Below the pieces are notes generated by a model. That model was given only the letters and a program-made list of their open reading frames with translations, was not told the DNA's origin and did no database searches. 64,000 bases of DNA, taken from a virus. The DNA lies in IMG/VR virus record IMGVR_UViG_3300027659_000014, positions 42,181 to 106,180 of that record; one strand, 5' to 3'. Shown here one piece after another: positions 34,408 through 45,797 of this stretch. Each line of letters starts with the position of its first letter. Positions within the stretch are counted from its first letter, which is position 1. Made by a program: the position numbers and the translations under genes.

Positions 34408-35580
34408 TCATTGTTTTTCAACATTAAAAAATCCATACCCGTATTTTTCTAAATCTCCCACATTATCAACTTCCCCAAGTCTTTCTATACTTTCTAATCC
34501 CGAATTTTTACCTCTCTCAATATACACATCAGTTTGTATTTCTGGTTGGTCAATTACATTAAGTAACGCTTCATTTTTTGTTATTGCAGATAAAATTAAA
34601 TCGTTTTGTGTAAATCCTGACGACTCAATAATGTATAATGTGGTACCATCATTATAATCATAGTAAAGAATATCATTAATTGTATATGCTGTATATGTGT
34701 TTGTTGGATCCGGTCCCCAATAAGTTCCAACAGATTCTGATGTTCCGGTAACTTGTATCCCTATTTTAAATTTACCACCATATAAATTATATGTTGGACC
34801 ATATGATGTTAAATCATTTACATTTGATTGTGTGTATCCTGTTATGATAAATGGTACAGTAGTATAATTTGAACTTATATAATCATTTATGTTGGTATTT
34901 GAATCACCAGTAAAAATATAATCATAATTAAATGATGTATTTGCCCAACTACCTCCCGCAGGGGTGAATGTTGCAACGCCATTAGGATTAAAAATAACCA
35001 CATTAGTAAATGGAACGGTAACAGTTTTTGTTATGATTGATATTCCCCATGGTGATATAGATTTAAGGGTAATTGTGTATGTTTGATTAACAACAGGATA
35101 AACATGGGTATATTGAATTGGTGAAGTTACTGTTTGAATTGGGGATCCATCCCCCCAATCAACAGTATAAGTTGATACGGATAAAAACTTTTTGAATTCA
35201 GTGTCTGAAGTATTATAGAAATAAAAAGTATATGGATTACCTGTTGTTGCGGAAAATAAAAAGTTAGTAATAACTTCTTTTTGTATTATTGCCCCGTCAA
35301 ATATAGAGTAATAACCAATATCGGTAGCCACTTCTGTTAATAGAATTGGTACCGTTAGTCCTGTTAATAATGAAAATCCATTTGTTCCTCCTGACAATAT
35401 TTGTGACATACCTGAGTACACACCAGTAAATCCAGTTAATGTTGTTGGAGTTACTGAGGTAATTGAACAACACGGATCAGTAAAATAAGAGTATTCAGTA
35501 TTACCCAAGTAGGTAATACCAACGATATCCCTCTTAATATTTTCGGGAGATATTTTAAAATAATATTTTTGTTCTTCCAT
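34408..35580 (-). CDS. Putative structural protein with PKD-like domain
   Basis: YTVDWGDGSP...THVY...YTITL. Confidence 0.7.
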   Translation of the reverse strand: MEEQKYYFKISPENIKRDIVGITYLGNTEYSYFTDPCCSITSVTPTTLTGFTGVYSGMSQILSGGTNGFSLLTGLTVPILLTEVATDIGYYSIFDGAIIQKEVITNFLFSATTGNPYTFYFYNTSDTEFKKFLSVSTYTVDWGDGSPIQTVTSPIQYTHVYPVVNQTYTITLKSISPWGISIITKTVTVPFTNVVIFNPNGVATFTPAGGSWANTSFNYDYIFTGDSNTNINDYISSNYTTVPFIITGYTQSNVNDLTSYGPTYNLYGGKFKIGIQVTGTSESVGTYWGPDPTNTYTAYTINDILYYDYNDGTTLYIIESSGFTQNDLILSAITKNEALLNVIDQPEIQTDVYIERGKNSGLESIERLGEVDNVGDLEKYGYGFFNVEKQ

Positions 35581-35581
35581 A

Positions 35582-36403
35582 TTAAGGGTTTACATATTCA
35601 TACCATTGAATTGGAAATCCGTCTATTCCAACTCTTTGTGTTAAATTTGAAGTTGCATAAACTTCATAAGTTTTATTTGTGTAATCTAACTTAAGTTTAT
35701 AATAAAAATAATCATTTGGATTAAAAGTAAATTTATTTCCGATGTTTGGTTGTGAGGTATTTGTCATTTTAACGTAAACCCCCAATCTTGCATCAAAAAA
35801 TTTAGCTCCCATATAAAAATCAGAAATATTAATATAATCTTGTTTTCTTAACCAATATATATGAAAACCTTCTTTATCTCCAATATAATCTAAACTAAAT
35901 TTTGGAATTTTAATATCAACATTTGATAATAATGTTGATAGTGTTGCCGGTTGGGTAAACCCTTGTTGTACAGGCAATATTATTGTTAAATAAAGATTTT
36001 GAGTTTTTTCGTCGGTAGTGTCATATAAATCCAATTTAAAAAATGATTTAGTAAATGGTTTTTGGTAAAAATAAATTTCGTCCACAGTAAACCCTTCGTC
36101 TAAATAACTATTACTCCAATTGGTATTATTTACTACCGGTGATGTTATTGGTAAAACATTGTCATAAAAATAAAAATCATAGTTTATATTTGTTTTTATA
36201 AAATTTAAATTATCAACATATTCATTGTGAGAAAATCTTAAAATCTCAAAATCATTTACCCCACCAATAACTTCTTTAACCATTTTTTCCTGATACTCAT
36301 CAATACTATCGTCCCTACCAATAAAATCCCAATTCATTTCTAATGGAATATTTAAATGCTGATCATTTTCAGGTAAAACTATTTTATATTTATTCACACT
36401 CAT
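35582..36403 (-). CDS. Putative structural protein
   Basis: 273-aa ORF in the baseplate operon. Confidence 0.7.
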   Translation of the reverse strand: MSVNKYKIVLPENDQHLNIPLEMNWDFIGRDDSIDEYQEKMVKEVIGGVNDFEILRFSHNEYVDNLNFIKTNINYDFYFYDNVLPITSPVVNNTNWSNSYLDEGFTVDEIYFYQKPFTKSFFKLDLYDTTDEKTQNLYLTIILPVQQGFTQPATLSTLLSNVDIKIPKFSLDYIGDKEGFHIYWLRKQDYINISDFYMGAKFFDARLGVYVKMTNTSQPNIGNKFTFNPNDYFYYKLKLDYTNKTYEVYATSNLTQRVGIDGFPIQWYEYVNP

Positions 36404-38159
36404 CTGTAGTTGGTTCTGCTATTACTGTTATGTTCTGAACTCCAATATTACTTCCTTCTGGTGTTATTCTAAAAACGGTATTTACAAAAGGATAGTGTTT
36501 TCCATTTATAAACGGATAATCAACCCCCACCCCATCATTATCAATAAAACCATACGGATATAAATCTCTCCATCTAAAACTATTTGATAAATTAGAATAA
36601 AATGAATAGTCAGGAATGTTAGATACTTTTAATGGATCTCCCTCTTCAACATATGTTGAATATTTTCTTAAAACAATTGGGTTATGTGGTTTGTAAAAAT
36701 AACCAAATTGATTCGTTTGTGGTGCATTAGTGTCTATACTAAAATAAGATTGGTTGAAGGTTATTTTATGGTTGTACCTGGCAATCACTCTTTCAGTTTG
36801 TTCATAATCATTCCATTCACAATGATCACCATCAATTAAATCTTCAGATTTAAGATTTTCATTATATAAAAACGGACCCACTATTGGTGTTGTTAAACTA
36901 TTATATGTGTTAGTTAAAATTGAAGTATTCGATAAAGGATTAAAAAAATCCCACCAAGAATTTGGTAGTGAGTTATTTAAATATAAATTAAAGTCCCAAC
37001 CTTGTTTTAATGATTTTGTCCACCCAAAATACCCTTTCCATATAGTTGTAAAAAATAATTCACTTACTGGTCTATTTTGATTATCTCTTAAAGGGTTAAT
37101 ATCTATATCAACATTAAAGGATAATGAATACGACTGACTTCCTTCTAAAATTGATGTTCTTGAAACATTGTTTGGTGTTAACACCGCATTTTCAAATTTA
37201 CTTTTTGCGTTATATATATTTTGTTCAAACCCAGCTTTAACCATTACAGCATCTTCTGAATTTGTTAATATTTTATGAACCCTAACATAATATTTTGAAG
37301 TAGTTTCAATTTCATTACTTTTATTTATTACTCTTTTAAATGTTCCTGTATTTCCGTTATTAAATGTTGTACCAACATAACCAATATTATAAATGTTAAA
37401 TATAAATTCTTCACTACCAAAAGCGTTGTCTCCTAAACTATTAATTTGGAATATGTTTGTTCCATTGTATGTTAACGATAATTTTACAAACTCCCCAACA
37501 TTTAACCCATGTTTCATAGGACATCTAAATTCAATGTTTGGTCCAAAATTATTATTACCAACATTAATTATAAATGGAATTCCATCTGAAACCATCCAAG
37601 CCCAACTTGCTGTTGTTTTTGTATCAATAGCATACATTTGTTTAGTATAGTTATTTTTATAACCATAACTAACATAATGTGTCCAATTATATGTACTAGC
37701 ACTTTTATTTACAAAATTAATATGGTTATTTGGTGGAGAAGTATATCCAACATTATTATTATCCGTTCTAATAAAATCAAATTCAAAGTATTGTGGACAC
37801 CCCTCCCAAGGAACATTTGGTGTAGGAATTGATCCTGGTTGGTTTCCACCTGGAAATGTTAATATAGTATTTTCTATAGAGTTAGTGTAATATAAATTAT
37901 TTTTAAATGGACTATAATTTGTTTTCCCTATATAACCATTTTTAAAAATAATAGAATATTTTGTTACAGGTCTAAAAATTGTACTTGATTCTCTTTCATC
38001 AATAAAAACTTGTTGTAAACCTAAGTCCACATTTCTATCAAATTCAATAATTTCTTTTTCATTTTGATTTAAATCAACATTTACCGATAATACGGAATTT
38101 GGTGAAGACTTATATCTTAACGAACCTAAAACTATTTTTGTTGTGTCATTTACTCCCAT
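36390..38159 (-). CDS. Putative structural protein
   Basis: 589 aa; KHGLNVGEFV beta-barrel motif common in phage tail proteins. Confidence 0.7.
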   Translation of the reverse strand: MGVNDTTKIVLGSLRYKSSPNSVLSVNVDLNQNEKEIIEFDRNVDLGLQQVFIDERESSTIFRPVTKYSIIFKNGYIGKTNYSPFKNNLYYTNSIENTILTFPGGNQPGSIPTPNVPWEGCPQYFEFDFIRTDNNNVGYTSPPNNHINFVNKSASTYNWTHYVSYGYKNNYTKQMYAIDTKTTASWAWMVSDGIPFIINVGNNNFGPNIEFRCPMKHGLNVGEFVKLSLTYNGTNIFQINSLGDNAFGSEEFIFNIYNIGYVGTTFNNGNTGTFKRVINKSNEIETTSKYYVRVHKILTNSEDAVMVKAGFEQNIYNAKSKFENAVLTPNNVSRTSILEGSQSYSLSFNVDIDINPLRDNQNRPVSELFFTTIWKGYFGWTKSLKQGWDFNLYLNNSLPNSWWDFFNPLSNTSILTNTYNSLTTPIVGPFLYNENLKSEDLIDGDHCEWNDYEQTERVIARYNHKITFNQSYFSIDTNAPQTNQFGYFYKPHNPIVLRKYSTYVEEGDPLKVSNIPDYSFYSNLSNSFRWRDLYPYGFIDNDGVGVDYPFINGKHYPFVNTVFRITPEGSNIGVQNITVIAEPTTDECE

Positions 38160-41100
38160 TATATATCAGTAAAATTAACATATTTTTTTATGAATCTATT
38201 CAATGCGGTATTTCCATTATTTAACCCAAAATAAAAATGACTAGGTGCTCCAACCAAATAAAGATTACCGTTTACCGCAAGGGGTTGACCAGGTATTGTT
38301 GGTGACGGAAGTCCTGTTGACGCATTAAAATTAGTTATAAACCCTTGGGGTAATAGTGGTAAATTATTTCCAGGTATTAATGAAGGTGTTGTAAAATACG
38401 GATCAACACTATAATCTAAATCTTGGTATCCTTTCTTAAAGAATCCTACCCCACCACTTTGATTAGGGGTTGTGTGCCAATTGTTTTGTTCCGAACCAAA
38501 AATTACACTAGATGATCGTAAATTCCATTTATAATGGGGTACCACTTGGGTTTTAGGATACCCATAAGCATCTTGTAATAAAGGTGAAATATTGTAAAGA
38601 TCAATACCAGGTGTTAATTTTCTTCTGTAAGAATAATCAATTGGTGCTGATCTATAAAATATACCAAAAACAGATCTGCTTGGTGAGGGAGCCTGACCAT
38701 CATCACCAATAAAAATATCTGAATTACCATAATTTTCATCAATAAATGGATTAATTTTATGTTCTGAATTAATTGATAATGCTTGAGCAAAATCACCGTC
38801 AATTCTATCACCACCACGCCCACTATTAAAAAACTGACTTATACCTTGACCTTCAGAATCATTTGAATCAGTACTAATAGGTATTAGTGCTTGTCTAAAA
38901 TTTTCGTTTAGTATTCTAGATAAAAAACCTATTTGTATAATGTCACCACCTTCATTATAACTTGTTGATTTAAACTGATCACCCATATATCCCTTAAAAT
39001 TATCACTATTACAAATTTCACTTATATATGAATCCCTTGGCCCCATATCTAATATTGTGGTTGGAAACATTATATTTTTTTGGTTATATCCTGCATTAAC
39101 ACCAAAAATATTCCAACTTGCTGGTTGTGATATTTCTTTACCAATAAATTCTTGTGAAATATCGTTCCATGGAGAACTTCTATAAAAGAAATTATTATTA
39201 TTATTGTTATAAACAACAATATCTTTACAATAAACATAAGTAGGTGATACTATATTAGTAAGGTTGTTTGTTGGGTATAACGATCTTTTGTTAAAACTTG
39301 GCATGTATAGTGTACCATTTATCCAGTTATTTTGAAAAGTTTGAGCAAATACCCCCCTACAAATAGCAAACACTAATGTCATTCTTGTTTTCCATTCCAT
39401 AAACAATCTACGATCGTCTCTAAACGCATTTCTTATTAAATAATAATGTTTATTATTATCACTATTATCTTTATTTAATAAACAATAACAACCTTTAGTT
39501 ACTCTATTTTCAGGAATAGAACATTGGTTAGCAGGGATTACCCCTACATTAGTACCACTACCCGAATAACAATCTAAAGCAACCAATCCATCACAAGTAA
39601 GTGTTTGAGTTAATCCAGTATTACCACTATATTGATCTAAAAATTCAGAAACATCATAAATACTAGCAAATGATGATGTCTGTTGACTATTAACACCGTT
39701 AGTTTTATAATAACAGAACTTATTGTTTTGGTGTAAAGCATATCCAGTTCTATCTCCAGGTGCGGGATCAATACAAGTGGATGTAGGTAATCTGTCACTT
39801 CTCATAACAATATTAGCTGAGTTACTAAAATCAACACCTAACAAGGAAGTGTCTTTAAAATAAGCTGGTGAATATAACGCAAAATAATTGTTTACATTGG
39901 TTGGCCAACCATAGTCCTCTTTTTCACTAACTTCACCCACAAAAACTCCATTTATAGAGTACGAATAATTAAAAGACGCAGCAATAAAAGGACCTCCACC
40001 TATATAGTCTGTTTGATTTCTAGGTAAAGTATAATTACTAATTGGTGATAATAAATAAGGATTTATATCTAAAGCTTGTTTTGTTTGAAATCCTGATACT
40101 GGAACATATGTGTTTACAAATGACGATGTCTCATCTGTTGATAAATAGTAATACGGTAATGTAGACGTGAAACCTGTATAATTATTAGGATTAACCGAAG
40201 GTGGCGTAATTGTAAACGTAAATGAAGGGAAATATAAATTGGTGAACGTATTTGTTGGTGTATTATGTGTCAATGGTGTTTGACCAACAGGTTTTATTGG
40301 TTGATTTAAATAATATTTACCTCTTATTTTTAAATTTGCTTGTGGTGTTGTATATCCTAATATTTTTGATATATCATATTCTATTGTTTGTTTTTCGGTA
40401 TGTGGATCAACACCTCTAACAAACATTAATACCTCATAATTTGCCGAATTAGATAATGAATCAAGACAATCATAATCATTTGCCCGTATAGAAGCCACCC
40501 CACTTTCATTATTATAAGTTTGTCCATTAACAAAAGGGGGTGGGGTAATAGGGCTGGAGTTATTAAAACTATTAAAGACCCCGAAAAGAAACGGTACAAA
40601 ATAAGTTAATTCACAAGGATCGGTAATAACATATTGAATTTGGTGTCTTAAATATTTTTTTGGAAATAAATTTAGATTTGTAGTATTAGCTAATAAATTA
40701 AAATTAGAAATGGAAATTCCTGTTATTACTTGAAAATATTCAACATCTGTTGGATATTTTAAATAATCATCTTTACTTAGATCAGTTATTGTGTCACCAG
40801 TTTGAAGTATGTTGATAGTTGAAAAAAGTGGCATACTTGGGTTGGTTGGGTTAGCATATGTAATAGTTGTTGAGATTGGAGCAATATTAGATGTAGTATT
40901 TGGTGCTGCAGATAATGATGTTGTTCCTGTTACCGAGTTATTACCAAATGCGTTTTCCGTTGCACCAGTTAAATTTATATTTCTTGGGATTAGTTGTCCA
41001 TTGTTAAAATTATTATCCTGAAATGTTACAAGTTCTCCAATCCCTAAAGTTTGTGCTGTTCCGGCATTTGCCAAAACAACAATTATTTGATCTGTAAATG

Positions 41101-43879
41101 AGTCCTGAGTCCCTAAATTATAAGGCGCCACCTCCAACTGAGGGTTTACCGTAGTGGTTATTATATTTGGTCCTCCACCGGGACCAGTAGTATCAAAATA
41201 TTTATCTCTAGTGTTAAACTCATTTAATTTTTGTGGGTAGGTTTCTTTTGTTGGGTATCCAAACCATCTTTGGTCATTATTTCCACCCCCAGAAATTCTT
41301 TCAGCAGCAAATAAGAATGGTTGTGGTGCGTGGTATTTTTTAAAATCCAAAGTTCCTGGTGTTATTATATCAGTACCTGAAAATAATCTTCTAAAATCAA
41401 TTACCGCATTTATAACAACATCACCATCTATCTGTTGATCCACAACTCGATTTATTAATGATTTATATTGGCACTGTCCTAAACCAAAACCAATACTTGT
41501 TGGGCAATAAAAATATCCCTTAGAATTTGCATCCGAGTCTTCCTCCGGAAAGTTGTCAAAATTTGGGTGTGGTACGTTATATGACGCCGATAAATTTACA
41601 GGAGCAATAAATGATGATGACTGTGCATATGTTATTCCACTATCATCTAACCCACTTTGTTGTGCAGCAATATCAGCATTAACAGAGTTGGCATCAATAT
41701 CATCATCAATTTCTGCGTTTCCACAATCACAATCACAACTTGTACATTCTGGATAAGACAACATTGGTAATCCAAATCTTGGGAAATCTGTTATTCTTAT
41801 TAAATAAATTAGAGTAAATGCTGCAAAAGATAACCCTAACGCTAGTTTAAAAAGAAGTTTTGCATAATACAAAGCAATTTGTAATATGTCACCCGCACTA
41901 AATACAGGTCCTCCAGGAACGGCAACAGTGGAAGTCGATGAAATAATCCAATTTGTTAATTGAATCCCATCCGATATCGCTTCATAAGCAAAATAAAGTC
42001 CTAAAACAATTAATAAATATTTTAAAACAGGCCAAATAAATGCAATAAAATGCATAAGCCATAATATGATTATAAAAGGTATTGCCAATATATTGATTAA
42101 TAGATTAAATATAAAAAACAAACTATCAAAATTTTTAATTATATCATTAACCGGAAATGTGTTAGTTGTGGACTTACATTGTCTATCATCAATTTCTTTA
42201 ATTCCTAAGTGTTTTGCTCTTCCAACTCCTCTTTTATACCTATCCAAAAACATTGATGTGGTATAAACTTTATTATAATTAAATTCATAGAACTTATCTT
42301 CACAATTAATCGCGTCTTGTATTATTTGTTGACCTGCGGTTGTAGTATTATCTCCATAATCATTCCAATCCACACTAAAAGCATAAGACCTTAAAGCATC
42401 AAAAGTTGGTTGTTGGTAAAACGTATAATTAATTTGGGTTAGGGTTCCAGGATTTATAGGAACTACATTTATTATTATAATTGTATTAATAACGGTAATT
42501 GGAATACTTTCTAAATCACCAAAATATAGGACATTATTTAATAAAATTGAAAAACTTTCAACGTTAGTTTTAAAATCTAAAGCTAAACCACCTGTTGATG
42601 TATTATTTAGAGGATATGTAAAAGTAACCGTACCATTTGGTATTGTAATTAGATGTGGCGTAGTTGGGAAATTTATCAATGGGTCAAAGTTTGATAATAT
42701 CCATCCGTGTTCTTTAATATTTGGAACAAGAAAATGTCCTCTTTGAAATGGATTTTGCAAACCTTGTTCATTTTGCCATTTAAATTTAAATCTATATTTT
42801 CCTTTTGTTGGTAGACCTTTATTAGGGTCATCAGATAAAACTTGTTCCCCAAATTCATTGGTTATAATATAATTTAAATTCATTGGGACATTTACTAAAA
42901 ATGTACCATCCGAATCAATAACTTTTCCTCCTTCAATTAACGAATAAGATTCAAGAATTGGTCTACCAACTGTATCAAGATTAATGGTTTGTCTAATCGC
43001 AACTATTTCTCCGGGTCCTGCAACTAATTCACATAAATTTCCAGTATTATTTCTTGGTGAGCAACTAACTCTAACCGCATCATCGTTTGTAGTCGAAATT
43101 AATGACCCCATAAATACTGCTGTTGGTTGTATATTAATATTTAGATTTGCCGTCAAATCAAAGTCAGATCTAGTTATTCCTAATAAACAAATTTCAGGTT
43201 CACCCCATAATGGTGATACCTCAATAATTTTATTTAAACTAACAATTTGTGGTAACTCATTTAAATTTGTTGATTTTTTAAATCTAGACCCATCAACCTG
43301 TGAATCAACAGCAATACCAATATCTAATAAATCTTGTGGTGATAACGAAAAACAACCAATATCAGATAAATCAACGTCCATTAATATTGTTTGAGTACCT
43401 GTTGGTACTCCAAATATCATGTAATCACCACTTTCATTTGTTCTTACTGAGAATTTATAGTATTTATCGTATACCTCAACATATGATTGATCTGTAAGGA
43501 TTTCTGTTTTTGATGGAAAATTTCCTGTTGCACTGTGTCCATTATATGATGGTTCTTTCGGTAATAGGTTATATCTATACCCATCTTCATTTATGTCAGA
43601 AATTGTTTTATAAGGGTATAATTCAGAAATTATTGGGTTTTCTAAATCTAAATCACTAATAGGAATAAAAACAGATACCCGAGCATTTGGGACTCCAAAT
43701 CCATTATTAACAATAACTCTACCAACAACTACCCCATAATCGGAGCACATTCTATTATAGATTTCGCCTTGGTTAATTTTTAAAGATAATATCTCTAAAA
43801 ACTCAAAGTCCTGTTCTAATTGAATGTTGATAGTTTTTTCACTACCAGGGGTAGTTCGTATTCTATATGATTTTGGCAT
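38159..43879 (-). CDS. 1906-aa putative virion protein with N-terminal carboxypeptidase-regulatory-like domain and central TM segments
   Basis: VVGRVIVNNGFGVPNARVSVF...TNESGDYMIFGVPTG; long hydrophobic block near aa 585-700. Confidence 0.7.
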   Translation of the reverse strand: MPKSYRIRTTPGSEKTINIQLEQDFEFLEILSLKINQGEIYNRMCSDYGVVVGRVIVNNGFGVPNARVSVFIPISDLDLENPIISELYPYKTISDINEDGYRYNLLPKEPSYNGHSATGNFPSKTEILTDQSYVEVYDKYYKFSVRTNESGDYMIFGVPTGTQTILMDVDLSDIGCFSLSPQDLLDIGIAVDSQVDGSRFKKSTNLNELPQIVSLNKIIEVSPLWGEPEICLLGITRSDFDLTANLNINIQPTAVFMGSLISTTNDDAVRVSCSPRNNTGNLCELVAGPGEIVAIRQTINLDTVGRPILESYSLIEGGKVIDSDGTFLVNVPMNLNYIITNEFGEQVLSDDPNKGLPTKGKYRFKFKWQNEQGLQNPFQRGHFLVPNIKEHGWILSNFDPLINFPTTPHLITIPNGTVTFTYPLNNTSTGGLALDFKTNVESFSILLNNVLYFGDLESIPITVINTIIIINVVPINPGTLTQINYTFYQQPTFDALRSYAFSVDWNDYGDNTTTAGQQIIQDAINCEDKFYEFNYNKVYTTSMFLDRYKRGVGRAKHLGIKEIDDRQCKSTTNTFPVNDIIKNFDSLFFIFNLLINILAIPFIIILWLMHFIAFIWPVLKYLLIVLGLYFAYEAISDGIQLTNWIISSTSTVAVPGGPVFSAGDILQIALYYAKLLFKLALGLSFAAFTLIYLIRITDFPRFGLPMLSYPECTSCDCDCGNAEIDDDIDANSVNADIAAQQSGLDDSGITYAQSSSFIAPVNLSASYNVPHPNFDNFPEEDSDANSKGYFYCPTSIGFGLGQCQYKSLINRVVDQQIDGDVVINAVIDFRRLFSGTDIITPGTLDFKKYHAPQPFLFAAERISGGGNNDQRWFGYPTKETYPQKLNEFNTRDKYFDTTGPGGGPNIITTTVNPQLEVAPYNLGTQDSFTDQIIVVLANAGTAQTLGIGELVTFQDNNFNNGQLIPRNINLTGATENAFGNNSVTGTTSLSAAPNTTSNIAPISTTITYANPTNPSMPLFSTINILQTGDTITDLSKDDYLKYPTDVEYFQVITGISISNFNLLANTTNLNLFPKKYLRHQIQYVITDPCELTYFVPFLFGVFNSFNNSSPITPPPFVNGQTYNNESGVASIRANDYDCLDSLSNSANYEVLMFVRGVDPHTEKQTIEYDISKILGYTTPQANLKIRGKYYLNQPIKPVGQTPLTHNTPTNTFTNLYFPSFTFTITPPSVNPNNYTGFTSTLPYYYLSTDETSSFVNTYVPVSGFQTKQALDINPYLLSPISNYTLPRNQTDYIGGGPFIAASFNYSYSINGVFVGEVSEKEDYGWPTNVNNYFALYSPAYFKDTSLLGVDFSNSANIVMRSDRLPTSTCIDPAPGDRTGYALHQNNKFCYYKTNGVNSQQTSSFASIYDVSEFLDQYSGNTGLTQTLTCDGLVALDCYSGSGTNVGVIPANQCSIPENRVTKGCYCLLNKDNSDNNKHYYLIRNAFRDDRRLFMEWKTRMTLVFAICRGVFAQTFQNNWINGTLYMPSFNKRSLYPTNNLTNIVSPTYVYCKDIVVYNNNNNNFFYRSSPWNDISQEFIGKEISQPASWNIFGVNAGYNQKNIMFPTTILDMGPRDSYISEICNSDNFKGYMGDQFKSTSYNEGGDIIQIGFLSRILNENFRQALIPISTDSNDSEGQGISQFFNSGRGGDRIDGDFAQALSINSEHKINPFIDENYGNSDIFIGDDGQAPSPSRSVFGIFYRSAPIDYSYRRKLTPGIDLYNISPLLQDAYGYPKTQVVPHYKWNLRSSSVIFGSEQNNWHTTPNQSGGVGFFKKGYQDLDYSVDPYFTTPSLIPGNNLPLLPQGFITNFNASTGLPSPTIPGQPLAVNGNLYLVGAPSHFYFGLNNGNTALNRFIKKYVNFTDI

Positions 43880-43952
43880 TAATTACTCTTTTTTGATAAA
43901 TAGTTTATTTCCTATTTTCAAAAAATAATTCTTTTATTCAAAAAATAAATTA

Positions 43953-45791
43953 TCAAGAGAAATTAATTGTTTTTAAATTAAGAACATTAACGGTAATGTC
44001 TTTGTTTGGATACCTAATTTGATATATTTGAGTTGGTTCTGCAAATATTGTATCGGCAATTAATTTAATCATATTTGTTGATGGATCTTCATATGCTTGT
44101 GAAGTTTGGGAAGATGAATATTGTCCCCCAACTTTATTATAAATGAATATTCCCGAAACAGAAATAATACCATTTTCACTCTGTATTAATCTTCTAATTT
44201 CAGAAACATAAACATTTTGACCTAACCCCCTAACAGTTGGACTAAAATATTGTGTAACAATATTAATAATTTTAGCAACAACTGACCCTTGATTTTGACT
44301 TGAGTCTAAAACAACATCTACATCAACACTTAAATCTATTACATTAGCCGTCTCAACGGATATGTAATCGTTTATCATCCTATAATTTGATAGATAGTTT
44401 GCAACATTACTTTTAAGTGTGTTAGAAATAACTTCTGTTAGATTACCATTAGTGTCGTAGGATAACATTTTAATTTTTATTTTATTATTTTCTTCAACAA
44501 TAGATACTTTACCCGGTGCACCAAATTGAGACGGCATAGTTCTTAATACCGACTCATAATCATTTATTGTAACCGCTCTGTTTTGTGCGGAAAAATTATA
44601 AGATACATATTGCCTTACTTCCTCAGTTGTTGGTGGATTAGCTCCCCCAATTGCTGCGGTAACATTATTAACTCTAAGTGAATTAACTACCGTTGAGTTA
44701 ATTGATTCTGAGGGTCCGTTAACAAAAAACGAAACTGTTCCAATCTGTGTAATAATGTTAACACCTAAATTGGTTGATTGTCCTCCCCCAACACGATATT
44801 GTATAAATAATGTTGAATTTGGCTTTAATGTACTACCTAAAGCTAAATTATTAACATATTTGTTAAGATCAAATCCAACACCGTCTCTTGCAAATTCTCT
44901 CAATTGTTCATCAGCTGAAACATTTCCACCACCAAAAGTCATTTTAGTATAACCTTCTGGAGTATACTCACTAATAAATTTAGTATTTGTAACAATGTAT
45001 TTACCAACTTTAATTCCAGGTTGATCTGATGGTTTTGTCGGGTCTTCAACAAAAACTCTGTCTTCCGCCAATGCCTTTACTTCATACCATCTATTTAATA
45101 ACGACATAAATTCTTGTGTTTCCGGTGGAGAAGTATATTGTGTCCCGTCTTTAAGTAAGACACTGGTTATACCTAAAACATTTTTTTCAGGTAAAAATAA
45201 TTCAAAAAATGGTTTTACATCATTTGGTGTAATAACTCTTTTAAAAACTTTTGTTATACCATTAACAATAACCTCTCTTTTTGTTATTGTGTAATTAGTA
45301 ATATTATTATTTGCGTCAAAATTTGGAATTTTTAATCTGTTTGGTGATCCTTCGGCATTTGTTGGTGATGAAAAATCAATATCATATACTGTTTCAAATG
45401 GTTGTCCAGCTCCATTAACCTGAGACCCTCTTCTTAAAACTCCACAATATCTTAAATCTTCTCTATCTCCAAAAGCTGGAACTGTTATTGAAAAGTCTAC
45501 TAATGCAACCGAAGGTCTTGATCCAGGTATTTTTAAACCATAAGTTTTGGCAATATTATAAATAGATGACTTTTGTTGTGCGTATTGTAATACTGTTTCT
45601 TGTATACTTCTATCAATCTGAAATTGTAAGTTATCAGTTACCGCAGCGTTTAAATCCAATAATACCGAAAATACTCCAGCATCATTAAAATTTTGTACTA
45701 AGTCGGGATAATAAGATCTTGTAAAGTTTATTAATTCAGTTCTTATTCCTGCGAAGTCTCTAGTTGTGTAAGATATTTTTTTATTTGCCAT
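43953..45791 (-). CDS. Baseplate wedge protein (T4 gp6 / baseplate J-like)
   Basis: YTTRDFAGIRTELINF, IAKTYGLK, AAIGGANP, QNRAVTINDYE. Confidence 0.9.
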   Translation of the reverse strand: MANKKISYTTRDFAGIRTELINFTRSYYPDLVQNFNDAGVFSVLLDLNAAVTDNLQFQIDRSIQETVLQYAQQKSSIYNIAKTYGLKIPGSRPSVALVDFSITVPAFGDREDLRYCGVLRRGSQVNGAGQPFETVYDIDFSSPTNAEGSPNRLKIPNFDANNNITNYTITKREVIVNGITKVFKRVITPNDVKPFFELFLPEKNVLGITSVLLKDGTQYTSPPETQEFMSLLNRWYEVKALAEDRVFVEDPTKPSDQPGIKVGKYIVTNTKFISEYTPEGYTKMTFGGGNVSADEQLREFARDGVGFDLNKYVNNLALGSTLKPNSTLFIQYRVGGGQSTNLGVNIITQIGTVSFFVNGPSESINSTVVNSLRVNNVTAAIGGANPPTTEEVRQYVSYNFSAQNRAVTINDYESVLRTMPSQFGAPGKVSIVEENNKIKIKMLSYDTNGNLTEVISNTLKSNVANYLSNYRMINDYISVETANVIDLSVDVDVVLDSSQNQGSVVAKIINIVTQYFSPTVRGLGQNVYVSEIRRLIQSENGIISVSGIFIYNKVGGQYSSSQTSQAYEDPSTNMIKLIADTIFAEPTQIYQIRYPNKDITVNVLNLKTINFS

Positions 45792-45797
45792 ATACTA

